The notes beneath the pieces are model-generated. The model was not told where the DNA came from and did not search any database. It saw nothing but the letters and a program-made list of their open reading frames with translations. Below, one piece after another: positions 9,776 to 21,919 of a stretch of DNA of 64,000 nt; within the stretch, counting starts at the first letter, position 1; each line of letters opens with the position of its first letter. The stretch lies in NCBI GenBank assembly GCA_041750285.1, contig JBGSZS010000018.1, positions 256,001-320,000 of the forward strand, in the 5' to 3' direction. A program made the position numbers and the translations under genes. The DNA is from Candidatus Fermentibacteraceae bacterium. GTDB lineage: Bacteria > Fermentibacterota > Fermentibacteria > Fermentibacterales > JCC-6.

Positions 9776-10902
9776 GGTCCCGGCTCCAGATACTGCACGG
9801 GATCAACGGGTTCAGCGCCCCTTCGCATTTCGAGGTAGTAGCCCGGCCTTCCGCCGGGCAGCGGACCGGCCGTGCCTACAATCCCGCCCTGGGAAACCGA
9901 GTCGCCCCGAGCCACCTGAAGGTTCCCGAGGTGACCGTAGATCGAGAACCAGCCGTCCCTGTGGTCGAGCACTATCATGCGCCCGAGGCTCATGAACTCA
10001 CGCGAGAAGACGACGGACCCGCCGGCCAGGGCCCGGACGGTCTCCTCGGGCGCCGTGGCAACGCTCACGCCATCACAGACCGTCTCGGTTCCGTAGACAG
10101 GGTCCCTCTCTACGCCGAACCGTCTGACAACCGAACCACGGCCCGGCCATGGGATGCTTCCACGCATTCTGTCGAAAAACGAGTCTCCCCCCGGCTCGGG
10201 CAGCCCGGTTGAGACACCCGCCGTGCCGGGGGATGTGGCCCGCAGGTCCGCAACAAGGGCAGAAAGCTCTCTCCGCTGGGTCTCGAGGGCCGCGGCGGAT
10301 TCCGCGGCGGCGGATATCTCGTCGCGGAGGCTCAGCCTCAGCATCGCCTGCCTTTCCTCCTCACGGTAGATCCTCTCCTGAAGCTCTTCCATCTCGATCC
10401 TAAGTGTGCGAACACCGGAACGAAGCGTTTCGAGCGAGTCGCGGTAACGGGCCAGGCTGTCGCTGCTCTGTGTGAGCAATTCGATCTGTGCGCCGGCCCT
10501 TCTCGCCAGGTGATCGAGGTACACCCTCCTGCGCACCAGCGTCTGGATCCCGCCCCTGGAGAAGAGAAGGGCCTGGGATACCCTCGACCTTTGTGAGTAC
10601 AGGTACACCAGGTAGTCGGACAATCCCTGTTCAAGGATTGCCCGCGCGGAATCCTCGAGCATCCACTTCCCGTTGATCTCGTCTATCGACATGGTGAACC
10701 CGGCTTCCCTGAGGACCAGTTCGTTGTAGTACTCACGGGCGGCGGCAAGGTGTTCATGCAGTGCAAGAAGCACCTCGCGAGCGTCGGAATCCCGGTTCGA
10801 AAGCATCTCCAGCCGCAGCCTTGCCTCTTCGAGCCTCTGGTCGAGGCTGTCGGCGGGAGATGCTCCCGCAAGCAGCGCGAGGAAAAGGCCGAGCAGGACC
10901 AC
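9772..10902 (-). CDS. envC: Murein hydrolase activator EnvC-like (coiled coil plus degenerate M23)
   Basis: Signal peptide, long coiled coil, M23 domain lacking the Zn ligands ('CDGVSV', 'SIYGHL'). Confidence 0.8.
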   Translation of the reverse strand: MVLLGLFLALLAGASPADSLDQRLEEARLRLEMLSNRDSDAREVLLALHEHLAAAREYYNELVLREAGFTMSIDEINGKWMLEDSARAILEQGLSDYLVYLYSQRSRVSQALLFSRGGIQTLVRRRVYLDHLARRAGAQIELLTQSSDSLARYRDSLETLRSGVRTLRIEMEELQERIYREEERQAMLRLSLRDEISAAAESAAALETQRRELSALVADLRATSPGTAGVSTGLPEPGGDSFFDRMRGSIPWPGRGSVVRRFGVERDPVYGTETVCDGVSVATAPEETVRALAGGSVVFSREFMSLGRMIVLDHRDGWFSIYGHLGNLQVARGDSVSQGGIVGTAGPLPGGRPGYYLEMRRGAEPVDPVQYLEPGP

Positions 10903-10906
10903 TGTC

Positions 10907-12067
10907 CTACTTCAGAAGCAGTGCCGAAAGCTCGCCAGCCTTGTCGGTTCTTTCCCACCTGAACGAGCCGTCGCCGCCGTTCACCCTGCCAAAATGGCCG
11001 AATGAAGCCGTTTTTTCGAAAATGGGGCTTTTGAGGCCCAGTTCCTCGATTATGCCGTAAGGCCTGAGAGGGAAGATGTCGCGCACGGCCTTCTCGACCA
11101 GGCTGAGATCGCCAACCTTCTCCGTGCCGAAAGTGTCGATGCGAACACTGAGCGGATCGGGGTACCCGATGGCATAGGCCAGCTGGATCTCGCAGCGGTC
11201 GGCTATCCCCGCGGCAACGAGGTTTTTCGCAATGTACCTTGCCATGTAGGCGGCCGATCGGTCGACCTTGGTGCTGTCCTTCCCGCTGAATGCCCCGCCT
11301 CCGTGGCGCCCGGCGCCGCCGTAGGTGTCGACGATTATCTTGCGGCCCGTGAGACCGGTGTCGCCGTTGGGGCCGCCGATGACGAACCTGCCCGAGGGGT
11401 TGTAGAGAAGCTTCCCGGACCATTCGAGGCTTGGCACTATCACTTCAAGAACGGGGTCCACCACCTTGCTGCGGATCTCGCGGCTCATCTCATCGTTCGT
11501 GGCGTCTTCCGAGTGATGAACCGACATGAGTATCTCGGTTATCGCAACGGGCCGGTCGCCTTCGTACTGAACCGTGACCTGGCTCTTGGCGTCGGGTCTG
11601 GCCCAGGAGAGATTTCCGCGGCGGCGCTCTGTTGACAGCTTTTCGAGAAGCCTGTGAGCGAGATGGATGGGGTAGGGCATGAGGGCCTTGGTCTCGGTGC
11701 AGGCGAACCCGAACATCATGCCCTGGTCGCCGGCGCCCTGATTCGCCGTGACTCCGTTGTTGATGTCCTGGGACTGGGAGTGTATCCTGACCTGGTACTC
11801 GATCTCGTCTGCGCAAAAACCTATCCCCGGGATATCGTAGCCGATGGACTTGATCGTTTCACGGGCCACATCGAGGTAGTCGACCTGTCCGTTGGCGCGA
11901 ACCTCGCCGGCGACGAGGCAGAAATTGGTCGTGACAAGGGTCTCGCAGGCGACGTGGCTGTCGGGATCCTGCCTGAGATGGGCGTCCAGAACCGCGTCGG
12001 ATATCTGGTCGCACACCTTGTCGGGGTGCCCTTCGGACACCGATTCACTGGTGAAGAGCTTTCTCAT
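10907..12067 (-). CDS. metK: S-adenosylmethionine synthetase
   Basis: 'FTSESVSEGHPDK', 'GAGDQG', 'GGGAFSGKD'. Confidence 0.99.
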   Translation of the reverse strand: MRKLFTSESVSEGHPDKVCDQISDAVLDAHLRQDPDSHVACETLVTTNFCLVAGEVRANGQVDYLDVARETIKSIGYDIPGIGFCADEIEYQVRIHSQSQDINNGVTANQGAGDQGMMFGFACTETKALMPYPIHLAHRLLEKLSTERRRGNLSWARPDAKSQVTVQYEGDRPVAITEILMSVHHSEDATNDEMSREIRSKVVDPVLEVIVPSLEWSGKLLYNPSGRFVIGGPNGDTGLTGRKIIVDTYGGAGRHGGGAFSGKDSTKVDRSAAYMARYIAKNLVAAGIADRCEIQLAYAIGYPDPLSVRIDTFGTEKVGDLSLVEKAVRDIFPLRPYGIIEELGLKSPIFEKTASFGHFGRVNGGDGSFRWERTDKAGELSALLLK

Positions 12068-12080
12068 CGATTACCTCCCG

Positions 12081-12107
12081 AAAAAAAATAGCCGTCGGCC
12101 GACGGCT
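12081..12107 (-). terminator. Intrinsic terminator (attenuator) in the metK leader
   Basis: mRNA AGCCGUC-GGCC-GACGGCU followed by A and U8, just upstream of the metK SD. Confidence 0.85.
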
Positions 12108-12122
12108 TGAGGCACAGCTGGC

Positions 12123-12176
12123 GGCATTTTAGCACTTTTTTTAGCGTGGTTGCAATACGCCTCAAATCACTCCACG
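12123..12176 (-). ncRNA. SAM-II riboswitch aptamer
   Basis: mRNA CGUGG-AG-UGAUUU-GA-GGCGUAUUGCAA-CCACG-CUAAAAAAAGU-GCUAAAAUGCC fits SAM-II (P1 CGUGG/CCACG, UGAUUU loop, UUGC/GCUAA core, GGCGU/AUGCC); upstream of metK. Confidence 0.88.
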
Positions 12177-12184
12177 TTGACCGG

Positions 12185-12213
12185 AATATTGAGAAGATCA
12201 CGGGCCCGGTCAA
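12185..12213 (-). promoter_or_regulatory. Sigma70-type promoter for the SAM-II/metK transcript
   Basis: TTGACC-N17-AATATT immediately 5' of the aptamer. Confidence 0.55.
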
Positions 12214-13955
12214 TCCCGCGTGTCTTCTGCCAGCCCCGCTATCTGATCAAGGTTGTCGGGGTCGAGGTCTTCCCCCGAGGCGCTTACAGTTCGGGAAAGC
12301 CTTTCGCTGAGGGCATCCATGTCACCCGCATACCTGTTCACCAGGGCGTTGTTCTTCAGGGTCTCGCGGCGGGTTTCGAGGGTTCGGAGTTCTTCGTTTC
12401 TTCTTTCAGCTTCCATTTCACCCCACTGCTCGAGCCTTTTCTTCTCCAGATAGGCTTTGCCTGAGCTGTCGGGGAACAGGTAGTAAAGCATCTTTTCCTG
12501 CATGGTCCCGGCCAGCGGGAGGGTGGTTCCCGGGGCGAGGGGGATCTCACGGTTGAAGGATGAGGAATCGTACTGGCGTTCATCCCTGAACCCGCAGACC
12601 TGCTGCCTGTAGTCGGGGCTGACCGGGAAGGGCGTCTTTCCGTAGTATCCGGCGATCAGGTTCACGAACTGCACCGGGTTGACATCCTTGCCCATTGCCG
12701 TGAAATACGCTTTCACGCCTACGATCTGGCTGGTGGGGGTGACAAGGGGGCACCAGCCGGCCTTCCGGCGGACCTCCTGAACGGCTTCGAGGGCTCTGCC
12801 GAGGTATTCGGACTTGTTGTCGCGGGCAAGCTGGTTCACGAAGTTGGAGTACATTCCGCCCGGGATCTGTGCTTCCAGGACCTTGAGGTTCGGCGGAGGG
12901 AAACCGCAGAGGGCCTCCATTTCATGAACAACCGCAAGGGCGTTCTCGATCCGCCCTTTCGCGAGGTGCTCGACGGCCTCCCCAGCCATGGGCAGCAAAA
13001 CCTCGCGACCCGGCCAGACCGAACGGTGAACCTTCAGATTGAACTGCGCTTCGCACTCGGAGACGACCTCGCGCATCTCCCGGTGAAGGGGTTCGAGGGT
13101 TGCGTCCGAAAGATCGAGCCCGGTTTCGATCCCCAGAACTTCGGCGAAAACCCCAAGAAGCTCGGCGGAGGGGTGGGAACTGCCGCCGGCAAGCGGAAGG
13201 AACGCCGTGTCGATCATGTCCACACCGCAGAGCATGGCGATCACCGCTGAGATGTGGCCGTAGCCGGGAGTGCAGTGGGTGTGGCTGACCACGGGTACCG
13301 ACAGCTTCGCCTTCAGCCCGCTGTAGTATTCCCACGCGTCGACAGGCGATTTAAGACCGGCCATGTCCTTGTCGCTGATCATGTCGGCGCCCATTTCCTG
13401 AAGTTCGAGCGCCTTTCTGACAAAGTGATCGGTGTCGTAGGGGGTGCCGGTGGTGTAGCACACCGCGGCGTCGAACGTGCCCCCGGCCTCGCGGACTCCC
13501 GCCAGCGCGGCCCTGAAATTGGGAACGTGGTTCAGCGCGTCGAAGATGCGCATGATGGTGGTGCCCGCCTTGACAGCCTCGCGGTTGAAGTCGCGAACTA
13601 TGTCGTCGGGGTACGGATCGTAACCGAACAGGTTCTGCCCGCGTGAAAGGGTTCTGAGCCCGGCTCCGTAGGGGCGTGACTTCTCGCTCATGAGAGCAAG
13701 CCGGTCGAAGGGGTTCTCATCGAGGAACCGCATGGCGCTGTCAAGCACTGCGCCTCCCCAGACTTCCAGTGTTTTGACTCCGGTGTCGAGCACGGGCCCC
13801 ATGAGCCTCATTACCTGTGCGGTGGACATCCTTGTCGCCAGAAGTGACTGCTGACCGTCACGAAGGGAGAGGTCGATGAATTGAACCTTTCCGGCACCGC
13901 TGCCCACCATTCTGGGGGCGGGTTTCAACCCTGCAAGAAGCCTGGATAGACGCAT
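12210..13955 (-). CDS. Pyruvate/oxaloacetate carboxyltransferase (OadA/PycB-like) without a biotinyl domain
   Basis: 'LRDGQQSLLATRM', 'EVWGGA', 'IFDALN', 'KDMAG', 'HTH', 'QIPGGMYSN', 'PLVTPTSQIVG'; no AMKM motif. Confidence 0.9.
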   Translation of the reverse strand: MRLSRLLAGLKPAPRMVGSGAGKVQFIDLSLRDGQQSLLATRMSTAQVMRLMGPVLDTGVKTLEVWGGAVLDSAMRFLDENPFDRLALMSEKSRPYGAGLRTLSRGQNLFGYDPYPDDIVRDFNREAVKAGTTIMRIFDALNHVPNFRAALAGVREAGGTFDAAVCYTTGTPYDTDHFVRKALELQEMGADMISDKDMAGLKSPVDAWEYYSGLKAKLSVPVVSHTHCTPGYGHISAVIAMLCGVDMIDTAFLPLAGGSSHPSAELLGVFAEVLGIETGLDLSDATLEPLHREMREVVSECEAQFNLKVHRSVWPGREVLLPMAGEAVEHLAKGRIENALAVVHEMEALCGFPPPNLKVLEAQIPGGMYSNFVNQLARDNKSEYLGRALEAVQEVRRKAGWCPLVTPTSQIVGVKAYFTAMGKDVNPVQFVNLIAGYYGKTPFPVSPDYRQQVCGFRDERQYDSSSFNREIPLAPGTTLPLAGTMQEKMLYYLFPDSSGKAYLEKKRLEQWGEMEAERRNEELRTLETRRETLKNNALVNRYAGDMDALSERLSRTVSASGEDLDPDNLDQIAGLAEDTRD

Positions 13956-14069
13956 TCGGGAACCTCTCCGGGGGGTTGGGGCTTTTTCCTCAAACCACCG
14001 TGATTATATTGCATCCTGTCATGTGCGTGGTATTCATCTAACAGAGACTCTCCGAGGGGTTGCGAGCCT

Positions 14070-14864
14070 ATGGCGGATCAGGACAAAGTGCGTGACTTCA
14101 TCAGGGATGCCCACAGGAACGCTGTGTCAGGAAACCGCGGGCGTGCACTCGAGCTCATAAGAAAGGCTCTTTCCCTCGATCCGGATGAGCGCGTGATCAC
14201 CGAGACCATACTCGCAATGGAGCAGGGCGAACCTTCCCCGAAACCCCGCCCCGCGCCGGTCATACCGGACCCTGTCAGGCTTTCCGAAAGGACTGATCCA
14301 ATGGCCATCGATCCAAAGCTGGAAAAAGCACTCGACCTCTCCGAACAATGCCGGCGGTCCGGCGAAAACAACAAAGCGCTGGCTTACCTGAAGAAGGCGA
14401 AGGTCCTTTTCCCCGACAACCCGGTCGTGGAGGAGCGGCTCACGGCCCTGACATCGTGCCTGCAGGCCGAGACACTCATCTGCGTCGCCAGGAAACGCAT
14501 GGACCAGGGGGAGATGCAGAAGGCCGTCATGGCGGCGAGGCAGGCCTTTGCCGTTCTTCCCGACGCTCCCGGGCTATGCGAGCTTCTTACAGACCTCGAG
14601 GCCATTTCAAGGAACTCGCCCAACGTGCAGTTCGAAGGCGAGTACCGCCACGACATAGACCTGAACGACGGGGAAGACCTTGAAGACTACGACGACACAC
14701 AGGACTCGGTCGATGACTTCATTGAACGGATCAGGCAGCTGGTGAGGGATGACCGCTGGGACGAGGCCGCAATCCTCGTGGAACAGGGCGTTGCAGACTT
14801 CCCGGACAACGAGCTTCTCGAAACGTTCAAGGTCAAGTTCAAGCGTCTGGGCTTTTTGACCTGA
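14070..14864 (+). CDS. TPR-like repeat hypothetical protein
   Basis: Repeated helical-hairpin motifs ('ALELIRKALSLDP', 'ALAYLKKAKVLFPDN'); SD GAGGGG. Confidence 0.7.
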   Translation: MADQDKVRDFIRDAHRNAVSGNRGRALELIRKALSLDPDERVITETILAMEQGEPSPKPRPAPVIPDPVRLSERTDPMAIDPKLEKALDLSEQCRRSGENNKALAYLKKAKVLFPDNPVVEERLTALTSCLQAETLICVARKRMDQGEMQKAVMAARQAFAVLPDAPGLCELLTDLEAISRNSPNVQFEGEYRHDIDLNDGEDLEDYDDTQDSVDDFIERIRQLVRDDRWDEAAILVEQGVADFPDNELLETFKVKFKRLGFLT

Positions 14865-14891
14865 GCCTTCCACGAAGCCCCGGATCGGGAT

Positions 14892-15071
14892 CTATCCGCT
14901 GAAAAAACCCGGCACGCAGGTGAGGAGCACTCCAACGACCAGGGCCGCCACCCCGGCCACGAACAGGGCGCCGGCAAGCACTCCGTGAAAACGCTTCCTG
15001 CCCATCATCACAAAGCCCACTGACGCAGCTGCAAGCCCGGGGACAACCAGGGCAAGGTATCCGAGATTCAC
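14892..15071 (-). CDS. Small 59-aa two-TM membrane protein (absent from the ORF track)
   Basis: GGAGG SD before GTG; MNLGYLALVVPGLAAASVGFVMMGRKRFHGVLAGALFVAGVAALVVGVLLTCVPGFFSG; fills the gap after dnaJ. Confidence 0.65.
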   Translation of the reverse strand: MNLGYLALVVPGLAAASVGFVMMGRKRFHGVLAGALFVAGVAALVVGVLLTCVPGFFSG

Positions 15072-15128
15072 CGGCAGACCTCCATGTGTAACTGACCGAT
15101 CCGAAATATAGCCTTTTCCCGTGACCCG

Positions 15129-16127
15129 CTACCTGCCCGTGCTCCTGACCTGTTCCCAGAGAGCCTTCTCCCCGGGTGACAGGCCAGTGGGTATGCCCAC
15201 GACAACGTGAACGAGCTGGTCGCCCTGAATGCCCCTTTGCACTGCTCCGCGGCCCCTGATCCTCATTACGGTGCCGGGCTGGGTTCCTTCGGGAACCTTG
15301 AGCCGCACCTTTCCGTCAAGCGTCCTTACCATGACCCTGGTTCCCAGGACGGCCTGCGCGGCAGTGATCCGCACGTCGCAGTGAATGTCGCGTCCATCCC
15401 TGCGCAGGAACCTGTCGGGAAGCACCCTGATCATCGCCTGCACGGTACCGCCGGCAGTCTGAATCCGCAGGACGCTTCCGTCCTCCACGCCTGCCGGAAC
15501 GGTGACGGTAACCCTGTCGTTCGAGCCCGCCATGCCGGTTCCCCCGCAGGCTGCGCAGCGATTCGACAGCGTGTACCCCCTGCCTCCGCAGTTCTGGCAT
15601 GGGTGGCTGGTGGAGAACAGCCCATGGCCGCTGGTCATCCTGCCGCTTCCGCCGCATGAGGCACAGGTTTCGCGGCCCGTCCCGCCGACTCCGCCGCAAG
15701 CGCTGCACTCAACGGGAACGTTGAGCACCGCCTCGACGGAACCTCCCCTCGCTGCCGTGGCGAAGGGAACGGCAAGGTCGACAGTGGGTTGCGGCCGTCT
15801 GGCCCGGCTGCCGAACCCGCCTCCGAATATGCCGCTGAGTATGTCGCCGAGTCCCCCGAAGCCTCCCTCGAAGTCCCCCCCGGGCATCCCGTCCTGGCCG
15901 AAGAATGTTCCACCGCCTTTTTTGGCGGCATCGTACCTGGCCCTTTTTCCGGGGTCACCAACGACGTCGTAGGCGTCCTGGATCTCCTTGAAGCGCTCTT
16001 CGGCTGCCCTGTCCCCGGGGTTGGCGTCAGGATGGTACTTCTTTGCGAGCTTCCTGTAGGCCTTCTTTATCTCGTCCTGACCGGCGTCTTCCGAAACCCC
16101 GAGGATCGAATAGGGATCCCTATTCAC
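15129..16127 (-). CDS. dnaJ: Chaperone DnaJ
   Basis: J domain HPD, G/F region, four CxxCxGxG repeats, C-terminal domain. Confidence 0.95.
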   Translation of the reverse strand: MNRDPYSILGVSEDAGQDEIKKAYRKLAKKYHPDANPGDRAAEERFKEIQDAYDVVGDPGKRARYDAAKKGGGTFFGQDGMPGGDFEGGFGGLGDILSGIFGGGFGSRARRPQPTVDLAVPFATAARGGSVEAVLNVPVECSACGGVGGTGRETCASCGGSGRMTSGHGLFSTSHPCQNCGGRGYTLSNRCAACGGTGMAGSNDRVTVTVPAGVEDGSVLRIQTAGGTVQAMIRVLPDRFLRRDGRDIHCDVRITAAQAVLGTRVMVRTLDGKVRLKVPEGTQPGTVMRIRGRGAVQRGIQGDQLVHVVVGIPTGLSPGEKALWEQVRSTGR

Positions 16128-16735
16128 CGTCCCCTCCGACCTCCCTCTTCAGCCCCCGGATGACCTTGACCCTGACCGGTCTGATAAGGTCCTGCCCCAG
16201 CCTGTACCCCTTCTGAAGGACCAGTTTCACTGCGTCGGAAGCCTCTTCCTCGGAGTCTTCAGCCATCATGGCCTCGTGGATGTTGGGGTCGAAGGGATCG
16301 CCCCGCGATGTTTCGACCTCGCTGAGCCCCTCCTTCTGAAGAAGGGATTCGAGGTGGGTGCCTATCTGAAGCAGCCCCGCAATGATCTCGCTCTCGGGGT
16401 GGCTTCCGTCCAGGGTTTCACGGGCCCTGTCGAAGTTGTCCAGAACGGAGAGGAGCTCGGTCATCAGCTGCCTTCTGCCCTGGCTGATGAGGCGGTTGAA
16501 ATCCCGGGCCTGCCTTTTCCTGTAGTTGTCGAACTCGGCTGCCAGACGTTTGTAGTCCTCCATGAGGCTGTTGTAGTCTTCGAGGGAGACCGGCGCGCCT
16601 TCTTCGTGGGATTGCTCCGCCTGCGGCGCGGCGGCAAGGTCCTGCAACGCCTCGATCATCTCATCGTTCTCGGCGCCGCGCCTTTGGGGTCCGGTGCTCC
16701 TTCTGGGGTCGTCGCCGGAGAGCTTCGTCTTACCG

Positions 16736-16749
<14 letters not shown>
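16120..16749 (-). CDS. grpE: Nucleotide exchange factor GrpE
   Basis: '[12 protein letters not shown]', 'FDPNIHEA', 'QKGY...IRP'; start placed at ATG 16749. Confidence 0.95.
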
Positions 16750-18643
<1,894 letters not shown>

Positions 18644-18732
18644 TTCAGTCCTCCGTTCCTTCGGGTTCCAAAATCTTCGCCATATCAGGAAGCACGGGGG
18701 CTCCTGACGGCACGATTACTGACATGCATAAA

Positions 18733-18748
18733 AGCAACATGCTTGCCA
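18733..18748 (-). promoter_or_regulatory. Putative sigma54 (-24/-12) promoter for dnaK-grpE-dnaJ
   Basis: Minus strand TGGCAAGCATGTTGCT (GG-N10-GC), about 90 nt upstream of the dnaK ATG. Confidence 0.65.
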
Positions 18749-18906
18749 CTTGCCGCAATGTGGCGCATAAGATTGCGCTGTATTGTTTTATGCGGCAACA
18801 AGCTTCTCCCCGGCACATGCGCCGCTTTTTCGTGGGGTCTTTGTGGCACGCAATTCCGTATCGGGGGTATATTTTTCCGATTATCCCGGGAAGGCGGTCC
18901 GGTTTT

Positions 18907-21750
18907 TTGAATGAACACACCATCAGGGTCAGGGGCGCCAGGGTTCACAACCTGAACAGCGTCTCAGTGGACATTCCCCGGAACAGGCTCGTTGTACTGA
19001 GCGGCGTTTCAGGCTCGGGCAAAAGTTCGTTCGCCTTCGACACTCTCTACGCCGAAGGGCAGCGCCGCTACATCGAGTCGCTCTCCGCCTACGCCCGGCA
19101 GTTCCTGGGTCAGATGGACAAACCCGACTACGACTCGATCGAAGGCCTATCCCCCGCCATTGCCATCGAACAGAAAACGGTGAGCCACAACCCCCGCTCA
19201 ACGGTGGGTACCGTCACCGAGATAGCCGACTACCTTCGGGTGCTTTTCGCCAGGGTGGGCGAACCCCATTGTCCCACATGCGGAAGGCCGGTCTCCTCCC
19301 AGACCGTTCAGCAGATGACCGACACGATCCTCAGAATGCCGCAGGGCACCCGGATCATGGTTGCAGCCCCTGTAGTGCTGAACAGGAAGGGCGCCCGGGC
19401 CGACCTCATCACCGACATCAGGAAAAAGGGCTTCGTAAGGGTCATCCTCGACGGTGTTGTGACCCAGATAGACGACCTCAGGCAGCTCGACCCAAAAAAG
19501 CGACACTCCCTGCACATCGTGGTGGACAGGATCCAGGTGGGTCCCGGCATCGAGAGCCGCCTGGCCGACTCGGTCGAAACCGCCGTGAAGGAGGGAGAGG
19601 GGATACTTGCGGTGATCGACGCCGACACCGGCGAGGAGACCCTGATGAGCGAGAAGAGCGCGTGCGTCGTCTGCGGCGTCAGCATGCCAGAGCTGACCCC
19701 CCAGCTCTTCAGCTTCAACAATCCCGCGGGAATGTGCCGGAGCTGTTCGGGGCTGGGTTTCCAGATAAGGGTCGACCCCGATCTCGTCATCCCCCGGCCC
19801 GCCCTTTCAATAAGGGACGGCGCAGTTGCGCCCTGGGGCATTCCACACGGGTGGGTATCGGCGGCACTGAAGAGCCTGGCCCGCGAATTCGACTTCAACG
19901 TGGGCACTCCCTGGAAAAGGCTTTCACAGGAGACGAAAGACCTGATCCTGTACGGCTCGGGTGACAGGCCAGTGAGGTTCGACTGGCAGGGTTCGTCAAG
20001 CCAGGGCAGCTGGACCGGACCCTTCGAAGGCGTCATCCCCCGACTGGAAAGGCTTCAGCGAAGCACCAGCAGCGAGGGCATGAGGGAGCAGTACGAAAAA
20101 TACTTCAGGCGCTACACCTGTGATGAATGCGGTGGCACCAGGCTTCGTCCCGAATCCCGTGCCGTCCTTTTCTGCGGAGTCTCCATGGCCCGGGTTTCCT
20201 CCATGACCGTCGGCGAGGCCGACGCCTTCTTCGGCTCGCTGAAGCTCGACCCGGCACGGGCGCTCATCGCCACAGGCCTTCTCAAGGAGATCTCCGCCAG
20301 GCTCGGTTTCCTGAGGGACGTGGGCCTGCACTACCTGGCACTCGACAGACCGGCCCCGACCCTCGCAGGAGGAGAATCCCAGCGGATAAGGCTGGCCAGC
20401 CAGATCGGCAGCGGGCTCACCGGTGTGCTCTACGTTCTGGACGAGCCAACCGTGGGGCTGCACCCCCGCGACACCTCACGACTGGTGTCCACCCTTGAAC
20501 ACCTGAGAGACCTCGAGAACACGGTTCTTGTCGTCGAACACGATCCCGAGACACTGCTGAAGGCCGACCACATACTCGATTTCGGCCCCGGAGCCGGAAC
20601 AAGCGGGGGCAACCTGATCGCCCAGGGCACGCCGCGCGAGATAATGGACAACCCGGCCTCCATAACCGGCGACTACCTCTCGGGCAGGAAGACCATCGTC
20701 AGGCTCGCTTCACCAAGAAAGCATTCCCATGGCACTCTTAAGATCAGGGGCGCTTCACTTCACAACCTGAAGAACGTCGACCTGTCAATTCCCCTGGGCA
20801 AGATGGTGTGCATCACGGGTGTTTCAGGTTCAGGCAAGAGCAGCCTCATAACCCAGACGCTCTACCCCGCCGTAGCCTCGGCCCTGGGAACCGGCTCCGC
20901 CAGCCTCAGACCGGGCCCGTTCACTGAGATGACCGGAATCGAAAAGGTGGACAAGGTGATCTGCATCTCCCAGGACCCGATAGGAAGGACCCCCAGGTCC
21001 AACCCCGCCACATACACCAAAACCTTCGACTCCATAAGGAACCTCTTTGCAGAGCTTCCGGAATCCAAGGTGCGCGGATACAAGCCCGGAAGGTTCAGTT
21101 TCAACGTGAAGGGCGGCCGGTGCGAAGACTGCGGGGGAGCGGGTGTCAAAAGGATAGAGATGCACTTTCTGCCCGACGTCTACGTGGAATGCGACACCTG
21201 CCACGGCCTCAGGTTCAACAGGGAGACGCTCAGGGTCAGGTTCAGGAACTACAGCATATCCGACATCCTGAACCTCACCGTCGACGACGCCATGACCCTT
21301 TTCGAACGCATCCCGCAGGTGTCAAGCACTATAAAGGTGCTTTCGGACGTTGGGCTTGGCTACATCAGGCTGGGGCAGCCCGCCACGACCCTGTCCGGTG
21401 GCGAAGCGCAAAGGGTCAAACTGGCCAGGGAGCTGGCAAGGCCCTCGACGACCCACACGCTCTACATCCTCGACGAGCCCACCACGGGCCTCCATCCGCA
21501 CGACGTGAACAGGCTCCTCATCGTGCTCGACCGTCTCGTGAACGCCGGCAACACCGTGATAGTCATCGAGCACAACCTGGATGTGGTGAAGAACGCGGAC
21601 TGGATAGTGGACCTCGGCCCCGAAGGCGGTGACGGCGGCGGAATGATAATCGCCACGGGAACACCCGAAGACATTACCGCGCACCCCGGGTCGCCCACCG
21701 GCCACTACCTGGCCCGGGTCATCGAGCGCGCGTCAAAGACGGAAGTCTAA
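18907..21750 (+). CDS. uvrA: Excinuclease ABC subunit A
   Basis: Two ABC ATPase modules (GVSGSGKS), Zn fingers, '[11 protein letters not shown]'; likely TTG start at 18907. Confidence 0.98.
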   Translation: MNEHTIRVRGARVHNLNSVSVDIPRNRLVVLSGVSGSGKSSFAFDTLYAEGQRRYIESLSAYARQFLGQMDKPDYDSIEGLSPAIAIEQKTVSHNPRSTVGTVTEIADYLRVLFARVGEPHCPTCGRPVSSQTVQQMTDTILRMPQGTRIMVAAPVVLNRKGARADLITDIRKKGFVRVILDGVVTQIDDLRQLDPKKRHSLHIVVDRIQVGPGIESRLADSVETAVKEGEGILAVIDADTGEETLMSEKSACVVCGVSMPELTPQLFSFNNPAGMCRSCSGLGFQIRVDPDLVIPRPALSIRDGAVAPWGIPHGWVSAALKSLAREFDFNVGTPWKRLSQETKDLILYGSGDRPVRFDWQGSSSQGSWTGPFEGVIPRLERLQRSTSSEGMREQYEKYFRRYTCDECGGTRLRPESRAVLFCGVSMARVSSMTVGEADAFFGSLKLDPARALIATGLLKEISARLGFLRDVGLHYLALDRPAPTLAGGESQRIRLASQIGSGLTGVLYVLDEPTVGLHPRDTSRLVSTLEHLRDLENTVLVVEHDPETLLKADHILDFGPGAGTSGGNLIAQGTPREIMDNPASITGDYLSGRKTIVRLASPRKHSHGTLKIRGASLHNLKNVDLSIPLGKMVCITGVSGSGKSSLITQTLYPAVASALGTGSASLRPGPFTEMTGIEKVDKVICISQDPIGRTPRSNPATYTKTFDSIRNLFAELPESKVRGYKPGRFSFNVKGGRCEDCGGAGVKRIEMHFLPDVYVECDTCHGLRFNRETLRVRFRNYSISDILNLTVDDAMTLFERIPQVSSTIKVLSDVGLGYIRLGQPATTLSGGEAQRVKLARELARPSTTHTLYILDEPTTGLHPHDVNRLLIVLDRLVNAGNTVIVIEHNLDVVKNADWIVDLGPEGGDGGGMIIATGTPEDITAHPGSPTGHYLARVIERASKTEV

Positions 21751-21919
21751 AACAGGCTCCCACTTCATCCGCTGTTTCATGGAGCGACGAACGGGAACAT
21801 TGAAAGCCTCTTCATGACTATTGCCTCGTGGCGGATGACTTGAACGGGGAAGCTGAGGATTTACGCTTTCCCGGGTGAGGGGATTGGCCGGGCAACCACT
21901 GATCGTGCGGAGGAACGAA

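Noticed and set aside
9772..10902. Inactive M23 domain as a novelty
   Set aside because: This is normal for EnvC-type activators.
18843..18858. TGGCACG as a sigma54 promoter for uvrA
   Set aside because: The -12 element reads TCCG rather than TTGC.
21840..21900. c-di-GMP-I riboswitch before the lipoprotein gene
   Set aside because: Only a loose 3' resemblance; the GGCAAA/GNRA stem is missing.
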